From assembly GCA_964607485.1 (NCBI GenBank), contig CAZSKP010000037.1, positions 1-44,222 of the forward strand: a DNA stretch of 44,222 bases, read 5' to 3'. Every line of letters starts with the position of its first letter. Positions within the stretch are counted from its first letter, which is position 1. The notes under the pieces were generated by a model. It saw only the letters and a list, made by a program, of their open reading frames with translations. It was not told the DNA's origin and searched no databases. The position numbers were made by a program, and so were the translations under genes. Positions 37,400 to 44,222 of the stretch are shown here, piece after piece. The DNA is from an uncultured bacterium (GTDB taxonomy: Bacteria > Abyssobacteria > SURF-5).

Positions 37400-38412
37400 T
37401 GAAGAGGTCTCTGCATTCGAATTTCCTCAAAGTACAATGCAGATTCAAAGCGAGGATGAGGCACAGAACAGGAGATATGCAAGGGAACGGCTGTTTTCGC
37501 ATCTTCATCTGTGTAACCTACAATTTCAGGACTCGCCTTTCCACATGCGTGACATTTGCTTCGATCACTTTTCGATATACCATTCAATTTGTATCCAAGA
37601 TTCCAAGGGAGTACTTCATCGCTATCGAGCACCCTAGAAAACACAATCTCCTTTATTACGGATTGCCACCACCTTTGAGATTCTACATCGCTCGGAAATG
37701 AAAATATGCCTTTGTATTTGGCTTTCTCAAAGACTTCTTCAACCTTCTTAAACGCCTCACACTTAATGCCTAGCGTTGTTGCCGTCCAAAGCCTATCGTA
37801 TAGAAATCCAGGCCTTTGCATAACTGTCTGCCTTATCCATTTATAAATATCACTCGGAAGGCTCTTATCCTTGGATGCCATGCTTTCATTCAGTTCTTTA
37901 GGTATAATTCTCTTAATATTATCAACGTCTTCCTTTGGGCTTTTCATTAATGAAATTAACTGACCGGCGTCACGGGGAGGTTTTTCTCGCAATTTTCTAA
38001 ACCCCTCGGCGATGCCCGTTAATAGATATCTCCTCTCAGAGACATCTTCGAATCTAATTATCTCATCATAGACACGTTGCTTGTGGCTATCAATCTCATT
38101 CAATGGCACGTTAGTTATTGAAATAATCGGATAAGGTTTCCAGCCATCATTGTCTCTTAGTAATTCGGTTGCAGTAGAACCGGTGCTTATTATATTCTTA
38201 TCAGATGTGCTGTCAAAACGGTGATCAATAATGAGTAAGTCTGGCTTCTTTCGATTAGCTGCAATTTCTTGCATCTTGTCCATAAGCTTCATTTTGTTAA
38301 CAAGAATAAAGTCGATCTTAACTCCCAGGGCCTTCGCCAGTTCCTTGCTCGCTCTACCTTTCGGGCCATCTTTTTTTTCATCATCAAGCCAGAGGAACGT
38401 CATTCCTTTCAT
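37396..38412 (-). CDS. Receiver-domain protein with an unknown middle domain and C-terminal CxxC/HxxC Zn finger
   Basis: FLWLDDE, LLIIDHRF (phospho-Asp position), ISIT; CHAC...HISC. ATGA overlaps at both ends. Confidence 0.8.
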   Translation of the reverse strand: MKGMTFLWLDDEKKDGPKGRASKELAKALGVKIDFILVNKMKLMDKMQEIAANRKKPDLLIIDHRFDSTSDKNIISTGSTATELLRDNDGWKPYPIISITNVPLNEIDSHKQRVYDEIIRFEDVSERRYLLTGIAEGFRKLREKPPRDAGQLISLMKSPKEDVDNIKRIIPKELNESMASKDKSLPSDIYKWIRQTVMQRPGFLYDRLWTATTLGIKCEAFKKVEEVFEKAKYKGIFSFPSDVESQRWWQSVIKEIVFSRVLDSDEVLPWNLGYKLNGISKSDRSKCHACGKASPEIVGYTDEDAKTAVPLHISCSVPHPRFESALYFEEIRMQRPLQ

Positions 38413-40640
38413 GGCAAATCAATCTCCAAAATGGCTTTCCAGTCTCCTTCTGGGGGCAAGATTCTGATGTCGCCGCTTCTTGCTTGAAGTATTTCTCTTA
38501 CGATGCTAAGTCCAAGTCCGCTGCCAGTCCCGACAATATATTTATCTTCGCGATTCAACTTTTTCTCCAGCCTTGAATAAAGCTTACCGTCAACATCTGC
38601 AATAAAGGGTATGAAAATGTCTCCGTGTTTCTTGGGATTTAGTCCAAAGCCAGTATCCATGAATCGTATGTTCACCTTTCCGTCGGATTTCTTTGCGGAT
38701 ATTTTTATCTTTCTTTCTTTGTCAGCGGCAATAATAGACTTGATCGAGTTGGAAAACAAGTTCAAGAGCACGGCATATAGCTCGGCTTCTAGAATGGGGC
38801 CAACAACCATATTAGGTGGTATTCCGCTCGTATCAACGGTGATACCATAGCTCTCTGCTATAACTCTAAATGCTTTGCTTGCTCCTTCGACTCTATCAAG
38901 AAGGGCTAAGGATTTCGGGGTTTCCTTCCTGCTGTCAACACCAATTAGTGCTGTCATATCCAACAACTCCAGGAGACGTCCCTTTGAAGTTCTCAGCCAA
39001 TCCTGAATATCATCAACCCGATTTCTCTCGGGTCTTGCGAGGTTCTTCTTGATGTTTTCAAGCTGTAACAGACTACCTTCAAGATGACCGAGAAGCATCT
39101 TCACTTCATGCGAGAAAATAAGTATCAGTGTCGAAGTTGAGGCAATGAGTCTGAGGTGTTTTAGCTCCTCTTTGTTAGACTGGTCATGCTTTACGATCGC
39201 GTCGGTTGCTTTATGAACTGCGGTGCTGATTGCCTGACGCTGCTTTGTGGGTAGGGCCGAAGCAATACTTTTGAACTCGTCTCTTAGATAGTCAACAGCA
39301 ACCTCAATGACTTCTTGAGATTCTATTGATTTTTCTACGATTTCCTGAAAATCAGCTCTGCTCGCATCTGCACTTTTCCTTGTTTGCTCCCTGATATAGA
39401 AATCACGGTAAATGGTCGCCCAATCAATAGCGAAGCGAACAAATGTTTTCAATTCTTCAAATTCATCGGAGCGAATAAATCCCTCACGATTTGACTTCAA
39501 TTCAAAACCTTTTGCGCCTTGACCAATTTCAACATTGCCTATGTGGCTCTTCATTGAAAGCAAGCTTAACAATGCACGATCAGGGGCCACACCGAGCAGG
39601 GCATCCGCGAAGGCTTGAAGTTCTTTATCTCTTGGAGGACCTTTTCGACTTCCTCTATCTGCATCTATCTTGAGCCAATCGTCATCGCCATATGGATACA
39701 CTCTAAAACCCTTATAACGAATCTGAATGCCACCCCAATCAGGGAGCATTTCACTTAATGTTCCTTTCGAGAGAATACTAGTATCTCGCATCTGGGGTCG
39801 TTCTGATACCATGATTCCGATTTCCATCTTGATGTCGGAGAGCTTGGGATATTTGCGCTGGGATATAATCTTTTTTCGCCCAATGCCTAAGGCGTCAAGT
39901 TCGCAAACCGCCTTATGGCTTTTATTGATATAGGCTTTCACTGTTCCCCAGCCAGCCTTGATCAAATCAGACCTAAGGTCTCTTACTTCTCCCTCAAACC
40001 CGGGGGCGTCTATGGAAATATTGAAGCCGGGGTCCTCTTCGAATCCTTCGCGCCAAATCCCTCTATTAGCGGCCAGCACTGCAAGCTGTCGTTTCAGATA
40101 GTTATACCCACCGGTTGTCCACTCATCGACTAAGTCGCAAATGATTAACGTAGTTCCTGTGTAGCCGCCTTTCTTGGTATGTTGTTCACCCTGGCAGCTT
40201 ATTTCCGTTACTTTGGTGCCAGGCTTGAAGGCAGCCCAATCGAATAATACTTCCGTCTTTTCATACGTTGACGCCCTCTTGCCCGTTGTTACCAACTTTA
40301 GTTTCTTGCCGAGGCGACGACAACAAAAACGACCGATCCCTTTTGAGCCAGTTTTGGGGCGTCCATATCTAGCGGAAACATCTTGTGACTTCTTAATGGT
40401 GGTGGCAATATGCATCCAATAAGATTGGACTTCCTTGAAGTTCATCCCACTCCCGTCGTCTATGATGCGAATCTCATCAATACCATCATCACCTTCAACA
40501 AACTTGATGGTAACTTGTGTTGCGTCAGCGTCATAGGAATTCTTCACAAGCTCGACGAGGGCATAGTGAACCCTTTCCACAAGGCGTTCGCCAAGCTCCC
40601 CCAGCAGTGCGCTATCCACTGTGAATTTCAGTGTTGCCAT
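38409..40640 (-). CDS. MORC/GHKL ATPase fused to a C-terminal histidine kinase
   Basis: N-terminus has ELVKNSYDADA, IIDDGSGM, GSKGIGRF, GTTL. C-terminus has FSHEVK (H-box), NLFSNSIK, DTGFGL, IFIPF, GSGLGL. No TM segments. Confidence 0.9.
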   Translation of the reverse strand: MATLKFTVDSALLGELGERLVERVHYALVELVKNSYDADATQVTIKFVEGDDGIDEIRIIDDGSGMNFKEVQSYWMHIATTIKKSQDVSARYGRPKTGSKGIGRFCCRRLGKKLKLVTTGKRASTYEKTEVLFDWAAFKPGTKVTEISCQGEQHTKKGGYTGTTLIICDLVDEWTTGGYNYLKRQLAVLAANRGIWREGFEEDPGFNISIDAPGFEGEVRDLRSDLIKAGWGTVKAYINKSHKAVCELDALGIGRKKIISQRKYPKLSDIKMEIGIMVSERPQMRDTSILSKGTLSEMLPDWGGIQIRYKGFRVYPYGDDDWLKIDADRGSRKGPPRDKELQAFADALLGVAPDRALLSLLSMKSHIGNVEIGQGAKGFELKSNREGFIRSDEFEELKTFVRFAIDWATIYRDFYIREQTRKSADASRADFQEIVEKSIESQEVIEVAVDYLRDEFKSIASALPTKQRQAISTAVHKATDAIVKHDQSNKEELKHLRLIASTSTLILIFSHEVKMLLGHLEGSLLQLENIKKNLARPERNRVDDIQDWLRTSKGRLLELLDMTALIGVDSRKETPKSLALLDRVEGASKAFRVIAESYGITVDTSGIPPNMVVGPILEAELYAVLLNLFSNSIKSIIAADKERKIKISAKKSDGKVNIRFMDTGFGLNPKKHGDIFIPFIADVDGKLYSRLEKKLNREDKYIVGTGSGLGLSIVREILQARSGDIRILPPEGDWKAILEIDLP

Positions 40641-40818
40641 AGTATTTTATGACCTTCTGCAAGTGGCACAGTGAACGGAACCCATGTTGTCAACTACAAA
40701 ATACTACCTTCAGTTAACTAAAGTCAAGCGGAAAGAGCCCGGAGTCGGGAACCCAGGATCTTAAGTCCGAAATAATCTTTCGCGGCTTTGCGACTTTGCG
40801 TGCGCAGCGGCTTCATCG

Positions 40819-40855
40819 AAAAAAAATCCCCCACCGAGGGGTGTCGGCGGGGGAT
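40819..40855 (-). terminator. Rho-independent terminator of the etf operon
   Basis: Minus strand reads ATCCCCCGCCGA-CACCCC-TCGGTGGGGGAT followed by a T-run. Confidence 0.85.
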
Positions 40856-40900
40856 GGATATGTCACAGCATTTGTGAAACGTGACTCTGAGTCGGGCCGC

Positions 40901-41887
40901 TTACTGCGCCAGCAGTTTCTTCAATTCTTCGGTCATCACCGGGACGACTTTGAACAGGTCGCCGACGATGCCGTAGTTGGCGATCTTGAAAATGGGCGCG
41001 TCGGGGTCTTTGTTTATTGCGACGATGACCTTCGAGGTCTTCATGCCCGCAAGGTGCTGAATCGAGCCGGATATTCCGGCGGCGATGTACAGCGACGGGT
41101 TGACGACCTTGCCGGTCTGGCCCACCTGGTCGTGGTGGTCGCGCCATCCGGCGTCAACCGCCGCGCGCGACGCTCCGACCGCCGCGCCGAGCAGTTCGGC
41201 CATGTCTTCGAGCAGCTTGAACTGTTCGGGGCCTTTCATGCCGCGTCCGCCCGAGACGATGATGTCGGCCTCGGTGAGTTCGACCTTGCCGCCTGCGCTC
41301 TTGACGATTTCCTTGACGACCGTGCGAAGGTCGGCATCTTCCAGCGCGACGCTGACCTTCTCGACGTCCGCGCTGGCGCCGGCCTGCGGCTCGCCGGGCG
41401 GCAGCACGTTCGGCCTGATGGTGGCCATCTGCGGGTTGTCCTTGCACACGACCGTGGTGATAGCCTTGCCCGCATAGACCGGCCGCGTGAACACGAGCTT
41501 GTTCTCCGCGTTCACCTCGAGGCCGGTGCAGTCGGAGCACATGCCCACTCCGAGCTTCGCCGCCACGGTGGGGGCGAGGTCTTTCCCGACTGACGAGTTG
41601 CCGAACAGCAGCGCGGACGGCTGGTGCTGTTTCACCAGGTCCACGACTACCTTCGCATACGCGTTCGGCGTGTATTTTTCCAGCTTCGCGTCGTCGGCGA
41701 GGTACACCTTCTTCGCGCCCATGGCCGCGAGGTCGTTCGCGAGAGCTTCCACTCCCGACCCTATCAACACGGCCGCGGCGTCTCCGCCCAGCTTCCCGCT
41801 CAGGTCCTTGGAAGCGTTGAGCATCTCGTTGACGACTTTGATGATCTTGCCATCACGTGTTTCAGCAAACACCCATACTCCGCTCAT
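40901..41887 (-). CDS. etfA: Electron transfer flavoprotein alpha subunit
   Basis: VSGGRG, GASRAAVD, QVGQTGK, GISGSIQHLAGM, AINKD. Confidence 0.97.
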   Translation of the reverse strand: MSGVWVFAETRDGKIIKVVNEMLNASKDLSGKLGGDAAAVLIGSGVEALANDLAAMGAKKVYLADDAKLEKYTPNAYAKVVVDLVKQHQPSALLFGNSSVGKDLAPTVAAKLGVGMCSDCTGLEVNAENKLVFTRPVYAGKAITTVVCKDNPQMATIRPNVLPPGEPQAGASADVEKVSVALEDADLRTVVKEIVKSAGGKVELTEADIIVSGGRGMKGPEQFKLLEDMAELLGAAVGASRAAVDAGWRDHHDQVGQTGKVVNPSLYIAAGISGSIQHLAGMKTSKVIVAINKDPDAPIFKIANYGIVGDLFKVVPVMTEELKKLLAQ

Positions 41888-41931
41888 CGTGTCATCTCCT
41901 TGATATATGTAAGAACCGACGATTTCATCTG

Positions 41932-42720
41932 TCAGATTACCTTTGCCTCTTCACGAAGGAGCTTGACGACTTCCTTCGCGGCGTCTTCGGGCTCGCCCTC
42001 GACGACACGGCCCGCGGCCCGTTCGGGAGGCGGCGCCATGGTGAGCACGGTGGCCTTCGCGCCGGCCTGACCAACCTCGTCGGGCGAGGCGTCTATGTCG
42101 GCGGGCGTCTTGGTTTCGAGCGGCTTTTTCTTCGCCTTCATGATTCCCTTGAGCGATGCGTAACGTGGCTCGTTCAGGCCTTTCTGACAGGTGATGACCG
42201 CCGGCAGCGGCGTCTCGACGACTTCCGAGCCGCCCTCGATTTCGCGGTGCGCGACCGCCTTGCCGTCCTGAAGTTCGAGCTTCGTGACGACGGCGACGTG
42301 CGGGATGCCGAGCAGTTCAGCGACGCGCACGCCGACCTGATGGTTGTCGTAGTCGATGGCCTGCTTGCCGCAGAGTATGAGGTCGTATTCCAGTTTCTTC
42401 ACCGCTTTCGCGAGAGCGACCGCGATGGAGTGGGCGTCGCCGCCGAGGAATGCGGCGTCGTTCAGGTGGACGGCCTTGTCGGCGCCCATCGCCAGCCCTG
42501 TGCGGAGCGCCTCCTGGGCCTTATCCCATCCGAGCGAAACGAGGGTGACCTCTCCCTCGCCTTTCGCCTCTTTTATCTTGAGAGCCTCCTCGATCGCGTA
42601 TTCATCGTACGGGTTGATGACGTACGTGACGCCGTCCGTACTGATGGTCGTCTCGCCCGGCTTCACCTGGACCTTCGTTTCGGTGTCGGGCACCTGCTTC
42701 ATCAACACAATGACTTTCAT
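41932..42720 (-). CDS. etfB: Electron transfer flavoprotein beta subunit
   Basis: KQVPDT, NPYDEYAIEEAL, AMGAD, GKQAID, NEPRY. Confidence 0.97.
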   Translation of the reverse strand: MKVIVLMKQVPDTETKVQVKPGETTISTDGVTYVINPYDEYAIEEALKIKEAKGEGEVTLVSLGWDKAQEALRTGLAMGADKAVHLNDAAFLGGDAHSIAVALAKAVKKLEYDLILCGKQAIDYDNHQVGVRVAELLGIPHVAVVTKLELQDGKAVAHREIEGGSEVVETPLPAVITCQKGLNEPRYASLKGIMKAKKKPLETKTPADIDASPDEVGQAGAKATVLTMAPPPERAAGRVVEGEPEDAAKEVVKLLREEAKVI

Positions 42721-42769
42721 TCCGATCCTCCTTCACGCTCTTACCGCACGCGGAAAAGCCTTCGTCCCA

Positions 42770-43552
<783 letters not shown>

Positions 43553-43631
43553 TGGGCCTCCTTTTCATTTTTTCACCGTGAACGGCCGGCCGGGCATGTG
43601 TCGCGCGGTTCTTTATGACACAGCGCGTTAA

Positions 43632-43661
43632 AGTATAGCATTTTGACGCTTTTGAGGTCAA
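43632..43661 (-). promoter_or_regulatory. Sigma70-type promoter for the hydratase-etfB-etfA operon
   Basis: Minus strand TTGACC-N18-TATACT with an extended-10 TG. Confidence 0.6.
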
Positions 43662-43835
43662 GCGAAACCCGGCTCGCGCGACCCTCGCACTGGCTCGCCT
43701 GTCCCGGCAGCATTGTTCGGATAGGAAAGACGTGTATGCTGCGGACGCTTGCTGATCCCTCGGGACTGAATGATTGTTAACGCCTTGGTCGCGCCACCTT
43801 TATGAACAGCGGCATTACAGGGTGAGCCGGCGGCT
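43662..43835 (-). ncRNA. Candidate ~170-nt structured non-coding RNA (6S-like architecture possible)
   Basis: Lies directly behind a consensus promoter. The 5' and 3' ends pair (CCGGCTC/GAGCCGG, ACCCT/AGGGT, CTGTTC/GGACAG) and there is an internal GCAGCAT/ATGCTGC hairpin. Confidence 0.45.
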
Positions 43836-43841
43836 GGGCCG

Positions 43842-43870
43842 ATTATATAAGCTGGGGGCGGCCTTGTCAA
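43842..43870 (-). promoter_or_regulatory. Perfect-consensus sigma70 promoter
   Basis: Minus strand TTGACA (43870-43865) - N17 - TATAAT (43847-43842). Confidence 0.85.
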
Positions 43871-43932
43871 GTATTTTATCTGTCCGGCCAGTCAGGAAAT
43901 GTGGGTTCCGATCTTCGCCCCTCCCTTTCTAG

Positions 43933-44106
43933 CCACAGAGCGCACAGAGGTCACAGAGAATTTGGTTCACGGTTTCCGATCTTCGGTTTCAACCGTAAAC
44001 CGTAAACGTCAAACCGTAGACCGATTTCGTCCTTCGCCCTTCGTGATCCTTCGCGTTCTTCGTGGATAAGTCTTTCCAATCCGAAATCCCAAATCCCAAA
44101 TCGAAA
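43933..44106. repeat. Cluster of 7- and 9-bp-period short tandem repeats
   Basis: CACAGAG x3 (43933-43958), AACCGTA-type repeats (43991-44022), CTTCG(T/C)G x3-5 (44026-44065), AAATCCC-type x3-4 (44077-44106). Confidence 0.8.
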
Positions 44107-44222
44107 AGCCTGGCGCTCCGGCGCCGGAGGTGTGTGCTGGCAGAGCGCGTCCTTCGGAGCACGCGCTCCTGTGAACTGGAGACAGGCGACCCCTTCTCGT
44201 CCGCCCCGGCCCCCATGCTGCG

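Larger units (their letters stand above)
35113..40802. mobile_element. AT-rich genomic islet carrying a four-gene HK/REC/unknown/MTase operon (no integrase seen)
   Basis: Abrupt compositional shift at ~35110 and ~40780; short tandem repeats at both edges; lies between the MFS gene and the etfA terminator. Confidence 0.75.

Noticed and set aside
43933-44106. Possible CRISPR array
   Set aside because: Units are 7-9 bp with no 23-47-bp repeats separated by unique spacers; no cas genes are in the window.
43658-44216. ORFs 43658-43870 and 43989-44216
   Set aside because: The first starts at the -35 hexamer itself and spans the candidate RNA; the second reads through micro-repeats. Neither has protein-like features.

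Overview
A 44-kb stretch of a GC-rich, probably anaerobic diderm bacterium. The gene style is sigma54-rich and deltaproteobacterial-like, but the taxon cannot be fixed from this window. Host-like content includes an NtrB/NtrC-type two-component locus with a downstream single-domain receiver, two alpha-only acyl-CoA synthetase (NDP-forming) paralogs around a LarA-family/methyltransferase pair, a multi-PAS hybrid kinase, a second sigma54 activator, and ferredoxin, HD and Rrf2 genes. It also holds a sigma54-driven flagellar operon (flgF-G-A-H-I-J-N-K-L-fliW-csrA), a K+ channel, a DHA2 MFS exporter and an enoyl-CoA hydratase-etfB-etfA operon. Two visibly AT-rich foreign inserts stand out. One is a solo Zn-finger/PD-(D/E)xK nuclease gene (18269-19306). 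The other is a tightly overlapped four-gene operon (35146-40640) encoding a MORC/GHKL-ATPase-histidine-kinase fusion, a receiver-domain protein with a C-terminal Zn finger, an uncharacterised protein and an N6-adenine DNA methyltransferase; this is the best candidate for a phosphorelay-controlled defence/restriction-like system. Both inserts are bracketed by oppositely oriented short-period repeats, and an apparently cargo-less array of the same kind lies at 43.9-44.1 kb. Several REP/REPIN-like palindromes, two unannotated small ORFs inside the flagellar operon and a candidate ~170-nt structured ncRNA behind a perfect sigma70 promoter were also found. All family calls are from motif recognition by eye; no searches were run.
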